This document shows, in pieces, positions 38,200 through 50,455 of a stretch of DNA of 64,000 nucleotides; within the stretch, counting starts at the first letter, position 1; every line of letters begins with the position of its first letter. The position numbers and the translations under genes are program-made. The stretch comes from Botryllus schlosseri (taxonomy: Eukaryota). The notes below the pieces were generated by a model, which was not told the DNA's origin, did no database searches, and was given only the letters and a program-made list of their open reading frames with translations. The stretch lies in contig CM119372.1 of the NCBI GenBank assembly GCA_051294905.1, positions 16,432,001 to 16,496,000 of the forward strand, read 5' to 3'.

Positions 38200-38618
38200 T
38201 GAGGGTTGCATTTGAAACAAAAATCAATTTAAAACAAACATGTTTAAAACAACACCCTGATTTAAAACATGGCTTTTTTTGTTTTTTTTTTAAGCCATGA
38301 CGTCACGAATATTGAATTGTGACGTAATGGTGGATTGACATCGACAATTGAAAATATAGGGTAAATATAGCTCCTTTGACGAAATATATGTACTAATAAT
38401 GTTAAACCGACTATTTTGAGGGTCCCAACCGTCCCATATCAATATACGTCGGCTATATCGGGTGGTAATTGTCCGTAGGCTCATACAACATGTTTTTAGG
38501 AGATTATTTACACACTTATGGCATAATCATTTTTTTAAAGGCCCTTGCTTAAAACACTGTTTAAAACATGTTTTAAACAAAGTGTTTTAAAACACCGTTT
38601 GTTTTAAATGCAACCCTA
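38200..38618. mobile_element. hAT-type MITE (agggttgcattt family)
   Basis: TIR agggttgcattt/aaatgcaaccct; TSD accatgac/accgtgac. Confidence 0.88.
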
Positions 38619-41600
38619 ACCGTGACAGTACTGGGCGTGAGCGATCAGCGCGAATCCATTATACAAGTGAGTGTTTTCGAAACTAAATACGTCCTCTAAG
38701 AGTATGGATTGATCATGCATAATTAAAACAATGGAGTTGGGAATTTTGACCGGATTCGGATTGGTACGGATTTGCCCCTTTTTAAATCCAGATTGACATC
38801 GGGCCTTTGAGACCAAAATGTCTATAACTATATGTATATATTCTTGAACTTCTGTCTGATATATCCAAGTCGGGTACAACTCTAATATGGAGTTGCATGC
38901 GGTCAGGGTTTCACTGGACCATCGGATACGCAAGTCAATAATTTTGAGATTTTCAATAGTTCACATTATTACACATAGCAAAAATATTATTTACTTTTCG
39001 ATCGCAAATTCCTGCTACACTCAATATTTCCCGTGGTTTAGGAGATGTCTATTTTGCAGTGAAATGTATGCATGAATGGCGGCATATCGCCGATTCACCA
39101 GAAAGCTACGATTTGCCTCTAGTGACACGTTTTTTGTTGTGGTCGTTTTCTTTCGGTTATTGTGCTCGTCAGACACATAACCGGTATTCAAAAGTAATAA
39201 AATAAGTACTTCAGTAGGTAATTATACATCAATCACGATATTGCCAATGACAGGAATTGGAAATTTCCGTTCCTGTTCCCAGTATATTTTCAAGACTTTA
39301 GAATTTGAGAGAAAGGGATAATAAATAGTAAGAAAATTTGCGCGATCGCCACTATCCAATAAAACGCACGCTTTGTTTCGAAATTACAGTTTTCAAATTA
39401 CACTGGAAAGCGTCTCTGTTGATAATGAAGGTATAGCGGAATGCTTCTGTCCCGAACTACAGTTTGATTCTGGTGACAGAGATATATCTAAACTTTGCAA
39501 CTATGTAGTCTAAATCTGCAATCAACCCAATGCATGTCTTGCTTTGACGGAGATATGTGACATTCATGTTTAGCGCTACGGAATTGGGTGGATGCTTTAA
39601 AAGTAAGTGCACGCCTATATCGATATAATGGCAACATTGGCAACTATGTCGGTTATTGAAATGTCGTTGGTATGTCAGCACAATATTGCAGAAACGCTGG
39701 CATACAGTGGTATCGTAACGCTTCAAAGGTTATTCCAATTATTGAATACAACTATTGGCCGATGTTGCTACTAAAAAATTTCGTTGGGATCGTCATCAAA
39801 AAGGCAGCGTTAAAAGTTTCAAAATATCAAGCTATAGTCAAGACACGTCTCGTAACGCTGTGATTGTTGAATCATATAAACTAAATAATAGCATTGGGTA
39901 CAGACCCATATATCGAGCATTATCACAAAGTGCAATGAAAAGGTACGGGCGCAAAATTGTAATCATTAATGTGATTTGAAACTGGCATTATATTCTTTAT
40001 TGTCGCATAGAATGTACTGTACACATAGAAACTTTTCTCAAAATTTATGCTGTTTTGAAGTCTCCAGGAGTGATACTCGACTTAGCCCGAAGCTTAATAC
40101 TCGATTCAGGATCGAATCACGCAGGTACTCGATTTCGCCCAGCCCCAATTACCATCAAACACTTATCCTTCCTCAGTAAATGTGATCTGATTTAGCGGTA
40201 GAGTTGTTGGAGGAACGTAACTATAGAACAAATTTTGGAAGAAATGGAAACTGGCGACTTAGAAAAACTCGGACTAAAATCAAATTTAAGAAAATTCCTG
40301 ACATTTGGGCATATTTTAGGATTTCTCCGGACGCAGTTTTAACACCACAATTAGGACATGTCCAGGAAAACTCAGACATATGGCAGCGCTAACCTAATGT
40401 TGATAAACTCTCCACAGCATTCGCCAATCTCAGGTCGATTGACAACATAAAAATAGAAGCAACATTGCAATAGAACTGTATAGGTGTTTTAAAGTTCAAC
40501 ACAACTGAAATGTGTGAAACGGTCGCTTGAACATTGTTCTGGCGGTATAGGGCACCAACGATTTCTGATCATTTGTCAGAGCTTCAGGAAACCTTATTTT
40601 GAGTGACATGCTGCTCGGAGAACCGATCTAGGCCACTGATTTAGGGTATCAAGCCGCCCACACACGTGGAAATAGCATTCCCGCAAAGCGACACGCAGTA
40701 TGGTCATTGGTCACGCGACGTTAAATGATAAATCACAGCTCTCACTTGCCAACTACGAAGTACCTTCTCATAGACCAGAGTTCGCAGGTTTTAAAATCAA
40801 ATTTGCTCAAGCGAACAATCGCTCGGCGAAATTAGCCATTGTTCTGATCATTGTGTTGCGGCGCTCCCATTGTCGGAACAATACCGATTTTTAGACTTCG
40901 AGGGCTGTTTTGGGGTGGTTCCGTGGCCCGGACCAGATTTCAACTTATGTTTTCGGAATCAGCGCGACAGTAACTTTCGATTAAGACCAGTTATATTACC
41001 TTTTAGCTCCAGCTATAGCACTACCAAGTACGCTGCTTATAATAGATTGCTGAGCAGTTAACAACACTGCTTCCTCGTGCGTAACGACGGGAGTTGCGTA
41101 TCTATCAGTTCAGTAGGTTAGTAATCTATACATAGACTGCAACTATAGATATTGTACAGTACAATCTCTATACTACAACTCACGTGATTATGATTGTGGT
41201 GCCCAAAAACAATCGTCAGGTCATTTCGCCGCCAATGTTGTCATATTATGTAATATTCGATTCAGGTTGAAGTATATGTGCTGCACGATCCTTCTTTCGC
41301 GTCTGTATTTACCGCGGATACCGCAGATGCAAACGTCGTCAAATTAATTCGAAAACATGTTTTATGCGCGTATCTTAGGTTATCGCTATAGAAAATCGAC
41401 TCTTAACCTTCCGCGGAACATTCAGATTACTGGTGCCCAACATCAACTGTGCATCAACAGAGTGTTAAAGGAACATTGCAACTAAGTGTGACTTTTGCTC
41501 TTCCCTCTTAGATACCAGTTCAGAAATGCGAGGCTTCTACTTGAGAAGTGTCTTAGTATTGTTTGGCAACAGCGTGATACCAATTGCTTAATTACAAATG

Positions 41601-41960
41601 AGCTTATAAGTGTAATGAATAGAATTGGCATTTAAGAAGGAAATGGTTTCGATTTCGAACTACAACCTCTCCTGTGTACATACACCCCCCTCCACACAAC
41701 GCACCACCACAGCATAATGACCAACTACATATGATGACCAAGGCGGGCATATCAAAAGCAAAGCGTACCAAAAAGAAAAGAGACATTACGACATTCATTA
41801 TCATGACGCAAATGACCTGACCAGGCGATGAGCGCCAGACATTGTTCAATAAAATAAAACCCTGACAAAAGGACATAGCAAGTGGAAGTTAACAGATTTG
41901 TAACATATTCTATATCTGGTGTTCCTTTACTTGAGTAACGCTGGAAATGTGACGCTACTA

Positions 41961-42942
41961 TAGGATTACCATATTTTGTGGCTCAAATTCCGGACACTCT
42001 TTAGCGCCTACTAGCGTTTTTTGTAAAATGAGGTATGAATACATTGTCTGTCCATATGACGTCACACTATCAAAGCTGTATTAGACAGCCTTGCTAAATA
42101 ATGTTGGGTCGGTGCATTTATGTAGTTGTGTGTTGTAACCAGTACCAAAACAACATTTTTCAGCCCCCTCCTCTTGGCCCACCATACGGTAAACTTCTGA
42201 GGGGCTTACTATATGTATATGGTTTCCAGATGCATCTGGTTGTTAAATTTTGTTAATGAATTCTGTCAATAATATTGTTTCTTTCATATATATAATTTTG
42301 ATCCTTTCTCCGCCCTATCGGAGTAACTGGTAGAGCTGGTGGGAGATGATGACTTCGAAATACAGGGAGCGTAATTGCACATCGTTAAGTCTTGTTCATG
42401 TATCATTCGTATAAGACTATTTATGAGCAGAAATCACGGTCCGCACCAGCAGGATGCACATTCGGTGGTTTCCATCCTGTTACGGTCGTGACTCCATTTC
42501 CAATGTTCCATGGCCAAGCTCCCAATTTGTAAAGCTGATTAATAAAAAACGGTCAGCACCTTTGCCCAGACTTACTCATGGCCTGTTTTGGAAGCTGTTT
42601 ACGTTCAACACCTCCCCCGATCCCCAGAACAAAGGCAAAAGACCCTCATGGTTTAGAACCACTGTCCTTGACTAAAGCATCCAAACGGCCTCAACCGACT
42701 CTAGCAATATACTCGTTATCTTACAATTACGATTACAATGAGACCGATTTCAGTAAATGATGGTTGTTTATATTTATTTTCGATTGCATCTTTTGCGAAC
42801 GCGGTTGACCCCATATCACACTCAACCTATATGTGACACTAAATCGCGGACATTTAGGCATATTTTTAATTTCCTCGTGGATGCAGGTTGAACAGTAAAA
42901 TTCCGGACATGTTCGGAAAATTCCGGACGCATGGCAACCCTA
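41961..42942. mobile_element. hAT-type MITE (tagggttgcca / ttccggac family)
   Basis: Imperfect TIR taggattaccat/atggcaacccta; perfect TSD cgctacta. Confidence 0.88.
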
Positions 42943-43175
42943 CGCTACTATAGAGTTGACTCCAAAAGAAAGGGTTGATGTCCCAGCGGTTACTATATAC
43001 TTCGGCTACGCATACTCGACAGGAAATTAGAATTGGCCATTCGGTCAACGTGAAACTGGTCAACGTGAAATCTCACAGGACTTTTAAATTATGACATATT
43101 TTTCATTATACGGATAGCATATAGGCATATTACGGCTACTTTGTGTGGCGGCAAAAGCCAAAGACATCAGTGAAA

Positions 43176-43451
43176 ATGAGTGTACAGGTGTCCGTCTACG
43201 TCGAATACTGTCGCAGCTGAGGTTACGAAGTATTCTTCGCTGCGCTTAAGGCCGCGATGAAGAATGATCTTCCGAACATTCGGGTCACTGGTAATGTCGG
43301 TCGGCTTGGTTCATATGAATTGTGCATTAATGGGGAATTAATCTACTCAAAGTTGCAAACGGACGATTCCCCAGCCGACAAAGATGTCGTCGACGCTATC
43401 AGGCATTTTTGCAATCGAGGGAAGGTCATTCCTGTTGATGAATGCCAGTAA
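43176..43451 (+). CDS. Intronless Rdx-family selenoprotein (SelW2/MIEN1-like), 91 aa, with in-frame TGA (Sec) at 43218-43220
   Basis: MSVQVSVYVEYCRSUGYEVFFAALKAAMKNDLPNIRVTGNVGRLGSYELCINGELIYSKLQTDDSPADKDVVDAIRHFCNRGKVIPVDECQ. It has the VEYCxxUGY motif and G.(F/Y)E..ING.L..SKL; the ATG is in frame with the annotated 43257-43451 ORF. Confidence 0.88.
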
Positions 43452-43650
43452 ACAACGGCGCCGTATCCTTGCGTGACAAGCCAATGCTTTAATGTGACTT
43501 CGTTTCTGACTTTGGTAATGTGGACGTATCTCAATTAAATCGCATAGCACAGATCAGTACCGTTGTCCACTTGCAGACCACATGCTATGCCTATTGCACG
43601 TTAAAGTATAGCAAGTACTGGAACCTTTTTATGTAGTCATTAGTCATCAC

Positions 43651-44531
43651 TTGAGCGATTTTTTTGACATGTCAAAATTTTGTCAAAATGGTAGCGTTAG
43701 GTCAAAAAATATCAAAATTTACTACAAAGTCAAAAAATTTTTGCAACCTGCATTTCGTTTGTATCGTATATTTTGCATTGTCGGTGAATTTATCATTTGA
43801 CACTTTACAGTTTGTAGCCTACTTTATAGGCCTACCGTTGTAGACGGCCCACGGTCTGCTCATTGTGAAGCATAAACAATAAACATTCAAAGGTAACAAA
43901 TAGGTTGACATGGTGTTATGCTCAACATACCGCAATATCGTAACGTAACTGAAGCAAGACTGCGTGGGCATTGAATGGTTCTTATTTCAAGAAGCGCATG
44001 ATGAAAAGTTGTGATGTAGACACCATCGCTTGAATTAAGCAACACGGTGTGTCACCAGCAGTGTACGCACAACTTCAGTGTTGTCAGCCAACAACTGCTG
44101 CTGTTGAACGTTCTCTCTCCATTCTTGGCAAACCACTTAGTAAGGACAGACAGTTTCTACCCAGGAATGTAGCAAAATATCTTTCACTGTACTACAACAA
44201 ATTTTAATTATTTTTACCTTAATACGTGATGTAACTACTGGAATTCTTCATAGGACAAGATTTCGTTAAAATAAAGTTTTTTCATGCAATAATTTGTCAG
44301 TTTTTAGTCAAAAAAGTTTTTTCAGGCCAAACTACCACGTAAGGACAGACAGTTCAAACCAGAAATGAAGATAAGTAGGCTAGTACAATTTTAACATTAT
44401 GTGCGAAAACACCTAATTTGCTTACCTTAGGTCAAAATTTGATGAAAATTAAGTTTTTCCAGGTCAAAAAATGTCGAAATTAATATTTTTAGATCAAAAT
44501 CTTCCGTTTTTAGGTCAAAAAAATCGCCCTA
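43651..44531 (+). mobile_element. Deleted hAT element retaining the transposase C-terminal dimerisation region
   Basis: TIR gcgatttttttgac/gtcaaaaaaatcgc; perfect TSD gtcatcac; ~44050-44207 reads SPAVYAQLQCCQPTTAAVERSLSILGKPLSKDRQFLPRNVAKYLSLYYNKF*. Confidence 0.88.
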
Positions 44532-45499
44532 GTCATCACCAGGGATCTGGAAATGTATTCTGTTTCATCATTATTGTCGCGTTTGATACGAGACGCGTCT
44601 ACAACATGTAATCCTTATTAGTCCTGTAGAATTTTCGGTCAACCTAGAAAAAATTCTTATAAAGACGTATTATATACCGTTGGAAAGATAATTTTATCAG
44701 CTTTTCAATGATGGATTTCGTCACTTTTTTTACCTTGGGGAAAAAAAGTTATGACCAAAAACGTGCCAGGAGATAAAGCGCTATTTTGCCTAACATTAAA
44801 ATACAATTATAAGCTAAAATACGATACCTTCGTATCAGAATACAACACCATAAATTGGAATATCACCCCCAGTAAAGCAAACTAACAATCGAACAGGAAA
44901 ACAATGAAACATAACTTTATTTAAGAAGTATTTATCATGCGTTAAGGGGGCAAAAGTTGACCGAGACGGAGATAACACTGGTTTACAAATTTCGAAAAAA
45001 AACTAGCGTCGAAAATTTCAATGATTGATTTAGGCTAATTTATGGTTGCTGAATCCAATTCTGTGCTAATAATTTCTCCATCACGTCAGATTTTTTCCGT
45101 ATCACTTTTTCTCATTTTCATAAATTAATCAAATTTCAGCTTTCGTTAGTGACATCACGGTTAGCATACAATAGCAACAATTCAAATATTGTTATTGAAA
45201 TCATCTATCATGAAACATGGGTTGTTGTAATACAGAATGAGTGAGTTTTTGGTGAACTTGAATACAGTGATTCTCTATCATCGTTCAATCAGAAGCTCTT
45301 TTCGACCCATAAAATTACACTGGTACACAAATTCAAAAACCCACACCAAATACCATATTGGAACAGAGGCAGAGATGTTTTTAAATGGTATCGAGGCTTT
45401 TTGTTTGTGTTTTGCAATATTAACGCTAATTCTATATACAAAAAGCTTTTCATTTTTGACGGTTTCTGATTTTCCGTAATATTTTACTATGAACTGGAG

Positions 45500-46342
45500 C
45501 AGTGGTTCTCAATCTTTTTGTATTCGCGGACCCCTTTTGGACCCCGCTCCCCCCGAAGTTTTAGTTCAAATTTAGCTCAATTATCGTACAATCGTCATCT
45601 GTCTTGTACAGATGATAACTGTAGGCTAGTGATAAACAGCAACAAAATTACTTTTCTTGAAAATAACAGCATTCTATTTATGTAGAAATCGGGTTGACTT
45701 TTATTATTTCAAAGCTAATTATTCAACTGCTTTTTTCAAATACGTGGTCGTGTCTTAAAAATCTGCAGCTTCGATTTCATATCAGCGAGTGCTAAAATCC
45801 ATTTAGACAAATAAAGGTGGTGGCGAATGTAATAATAAGGCAAAACGCTTCTGACGACACATTTGGGTATGATCGGAACAATGATGATACCAAAATTGAC
45901 AAACTATTTAATATTGAACATATAACGTCAAGCCTGTTAATTTATAACTAGCAGCTCATCTTGAAGTTATTATGGAAATGGTTATGTAGACCTATATATC
46001 GCAGGAGAAAACGGATTTTTGCGAGCATTTCAAAGTCTCCGTGATTGACTTTACTTATCCAACCATTAATTGTTAAACAATGCCCAGCAAACACCTCTAC
46101 ACAGCCAAATATTTGTATCAGTGGGCTATTGGAAATTTAGCAACTAAAATGAGTCCACACAGCAGGATATTCCATCTCAGAGGGCCATCCTGTTGATGTG
46201 AGTTCTACTGTAATGAAGCAAAACTGCCTCGGGATTTTCCTAATTTGAAAAATATAAATTAGGTTATCAACTATTTTGTAAATCCACTTCCCTTCGTGGA
46301 CCCCCTGAAAATGCTTCACAGACCCCCTGTTGAGAACCACTG
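45500..46342. mobile_element. hAT-type MITE, relative of 19706-20624
   Basis: TIR cagtggttctcaa/ttgagaaccactg; TSD aactggag/aactagag. Confidence 0.88.
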
Positions 46343-47692
46343 AACTAGAGTTTGTAGAAGTGATTGGCATTGCTACTCAAGTAGCACAAGTAACTCCCTA
46401 TATTTTCTACTCACTTAGCAGTATAAGTAGTAATTTTTAAGACACGTGAAAACTACTTCAAGTGGCAGAAATATCTAGGTAAATTTGGTCGGGGGGAGGG
46501 TGGTTGCATACTTTCGACAGTTAGTCGGAGGTGGCTATATACGAAATCGCAACATGTATCTTCTCGGCTAACGCAAAATGTTTATAATGACACAATACCC
46601 ATTGGTAGAATATACGAAAATATATTCAGTTACCGCGCTTTAGGGGCTGTTAAGGCTACTACATTTATGAAATCATAGGCAGCCAACATCGTCGCGGAGC
46701 GGAGCTTTGTTTGGAATACATTCGTGTTAAAATGAATAACTGGGTGCAGTACCAAATTCAATGTGGGCAGATATCTCCATGACATTCCCAGTTGATTTAC
46801 TAGTCACGCAAAGCACTAAAACAAAACCCAATACAATTATTTTCCCGTATTGCCAATCACAGATAAGAATTCAGATTGCGTACATCTGGTTCGAAGCACA
46901 TGGTATGAACCCTTCCCCAATGGCTGTTATAACAGCCTTGATTTGACTACGAATATACCACATGCAATTAATATCTATATATGCGATTGAAGCGCAAAAT
47001 ATTTCCAATAGTAAAATCTCAACCAGAAAACAGCAACCGGACTTTGACCTCTTACCAGGACCGTAACTGCCGCACCCCAAATCGTCTAATTGGGGGTCGC
47101 GATCTCGAAGGGGACCCGAAAGTCTGTCGGTGAATGTACATAAATTATTTATACATCACTTATCGAAAATTTATGCAACTCTTTTCAATTTTTTTCGCGC
47201 TGGTCGCGATTTCATGTTGCCGAATTTTTGATTATTAAGTACCCTTCCCCCAGAAAAAAGCATGATTTATAGTAAATAAAAATAGGCATTTCGGCGTCGA
47301 CCATCACCACGCCGCGATGCACGAAATCATACGAAGTATATTTGCTAATATGGTACTCTGAAAAGTGTGCCAATATATCGCCTGCGAGAAAACCTTAGCC
47401 GAAAAGGATTGCCCTTATGTTGACCATGAACTTCGAAATAAATATAAGCCTATCTAATTATCCATAGCTGCCTAAGTGGCTCGTGTCTAATTATTCTATC
47501 ATGGCAATCTGAGCCCCACAGATCAAATACCATTTCTCAGAGAAGAATTATTTGCCAGTGAAGATCTACCAATTTTCGATAAAGCCACCATAAAAGTTTC
47601 TTGGATCTCGCATGGCTTCTCAATAAATTACGTGATGATGTGTGGATGTACATAATTCAGTTTCAAAGCATGACCAATTATAGTGTCCAAAG

Positions 47693-48089
47693 TAGGGTTG
47701 CATTTAAAACAAACGGTGTTTTGAAATACAAAATTGTATTTTTTCAAGTTATAAAATTATGCCATAATTGTGTAAATACTTTCCAAAAACATGCTGTATG
47801 AGCACACGGACAATTACTACCAAATCTAGCCGACGTATATCGTTATGGGATGGTTGGAAGTGGAACCCTCAAAATAGTCGGTTCAACAGTTGTACTATAG
47901 ATATTTTGTCAAAGGGGCTACATTTACCCTATATTTTCGATGGTCAATTTCAATCCATTATGACGTCGCAATTGAATATTCGTGATGTCATGGCTTAAAA
48001 TCAAAAAGCAATAAAAAACATGTTTTAAATTAGGGCCTTGTTTTAAACAAGTTTGTTTTTAATTGATTTTTGTTTTAAATGCAACCCTA
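47693..48089. mobile_element. hAT-type MITE, inverted relative of 38200-38618
   Basis: TIR tagggttgcatttaaaacaaa/tttgttttaaatgcaacccta. Confidence 0.88.
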
Positions 48090-50455
48090 GTATAAAAGGT
48101 GTGTGGTACTATCATTCAGAAATAAGCTCCCGAATGACACAGTGAATCACCAGTCCGATAGCCGTTTCTACACTTAACACAAATTGCTGCTTCTTTTTGA
48201 CTAAGCACTATCTAAAAAAAAACAAGCAAGGTAAATGAAACAGACCATAGTAAGTAAACAATAGCATAATGAAGTTATAACGAACAACGATAGCTCTACT
48301 TGAGTCCTTCACCCCACCCCCCATCCCCCTCTCTTGCTCACTCTTACTCCCTGAAACAGATACATAAATCGATTTTTATTTTCATATATTCGTTTTGCAT
48401 CTATATCCTGCTTTTCTGTTGATAATTCATTAGTTTATAGCCTTTTCTTCATATTTTTATGTTAATATTTTCCCTAAGTTGGATTTTTACCCTTTAGCAC
48501 GTTTTTGGTCATAACTTTTTTCCCCAAGGTAAAAAAAGTGACAAAACCTGTCATTGAAAAGCTGGTAAAATTATCTTTCCAACAGTAATACGTCTTTATA
48601 AGAATTTTTTCTAGGTTGACCCATTTTTAGACCAAATTCTACAGGACTATATTTTATAACAGGGCTGTGCAACGTTATTTAAGTTTTGATGTTTTTCGCC
48701 TTGTGTTATCCCACTTTGTAAAAGCTCAGACATGCCAGACTGAGCTAAATTGGGAACCTATTTCCCATATCAAATTGACACTTTCTTCGTGTATTTGTCC
48801 TTTCTGCTTAGGCGGCATATGCACCGACTCGTGTAGCCTAGCAACTACCTGATACACATACACACGATCTGTGCATACAGGCTTATGTTACACACAAATT
48901 GTTGGTTATTTAACGTTATTTTGTACATAATTACTCAAGTTTTTCAGTGCATAAGCATTTGCGATCGCTATTTTAAGTTCAATTGGGTATTTCATGACGG
49001 CATCGTTGCAAATCGCTACTCCAGCGATACCCGAGACTATAACATACTCAGTTTAAAGCCTATCTTGCGCATTAAAATAGCACTTGCAAAAACTCGCGCA
49101 GATACTTTATTGTCAGCGTGTTGCTATGAAGGAATGACAGAGAAGGGACTCGAATTCGGGAGCGTAGATCAGCGATTAAATAAAAAAAAAGAGATCCAAA
49201 AAACCGATTCGATATATATGAATGAGTGCCTTTGCTAATTTGAGATTTGTATGCTACGTTGCGATTTGAGACACTTCTGTTTATTGGCCAGTACTCAAAG
49301 AACCCACGTTTTTTAGTATATGTCATTAGATTTCTTAGTTTTAATACCGGTACCCCTCCTGAAAAAATAAAAATGTAAAAAGTAGAAATATGCAGAATAT
49401 ACAGAATCGAGGGAGAGCGGTATATTCTTAGTGTTACTTGAGGCTGTCGAAGGCCGATGGGATGCCTACATCTGGGGATGTGCACATTGCACACCGGCAT
49501 TTCGGCACCAGCAGGCCTACACATGAAGACCTGCATGCTACGTTCAGCTTCCACCTCTACTTAACATTTTGGAACAAATTACTCATGTTTTACCCTTTTG
49601 ATTTTGAAAAGTAGAAGGGATAAATTTGCATAAATTGTAGGAGGGGAATTTTTCTAACAACTCAGTGAAATGGCCCCTGTACCACATAGCTCAATATACT
49701 TACGAAGATATAGCCTAGCCCCTATTTGTAGTGTCATGTCTCATTAATCATTTGCATTGGTCACGACCCCGCTATCAAATCTATCTGTTGAAACGGTACG
49801 TACTAAAGTAGACCTATGATTTGATATTTCCATTTGAAGTAGTCTGACTATGTCCTGGGAATCGCTACTTCTGTACTTGTTATTGAGTAGAAATTTGCTG
49901 AATTATTGCTACTTCTATTAGGGTACCAACGTTGACTTGATTACTATGACCATATCTCGGTATATATCTTTTATTTTGTTGTAATAGAATGAATCAACAG
50001 ACACAAACGTAATAACATAAAGTTACTTTCCTTCCTAAAGCACGATATAACTACTGTGTGCCTAACCAATTACGTCACTTTCAGGGATCAGAGGAGACTG
50101 GGGGTACGGTTGCGCATGAAAAGATTTGGGAACGAAAATTGTTTTCTCCACCCAACTTTGGTCGTCAAGCTGAGATCACCCCATATACGTTACCCCAATT
50201 CAATTCTGATTTGAGTCTCCACATAGCAAAACAATAGACAACCACGGTATAGATCAGACGTGATATTGTTCGGTTGTAGATGGTATTGAAATGCAAAGCA
50301 AACAGTAACATTGGAAATTATTAGGCAAGAGTTGAAATATCCTTTCCACAAATCGTAAATCAATTACTCATGACTACGTTTTGTTTTCAAGATGGAGAGC
50401 AATAATATCAAGAATTTCAATTTCGCGCTGATCGTGGTCTGTTTGTTACGTCACT

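Larger units (their letters stand above)
44621..48647. mobile_element. ~4-kb non-autonomous DNA transposon with ~150-bp TIRs and TA flanks, containing nested MITEs
   Basis: 44621-44766 (gtcctgtagaattt...ggtcaacctagaaaaaattcttataaagacgtatta...gttatgaccaaaaacgtgc) is the reverse complement of ~48498-48647; TA on both sides. Confidence 0.85.

Noticed and set aside
41690..41900. Possible second solo LTR
   Set aside because: It has AATAAA and a CA end, but no convincing start or TSD.
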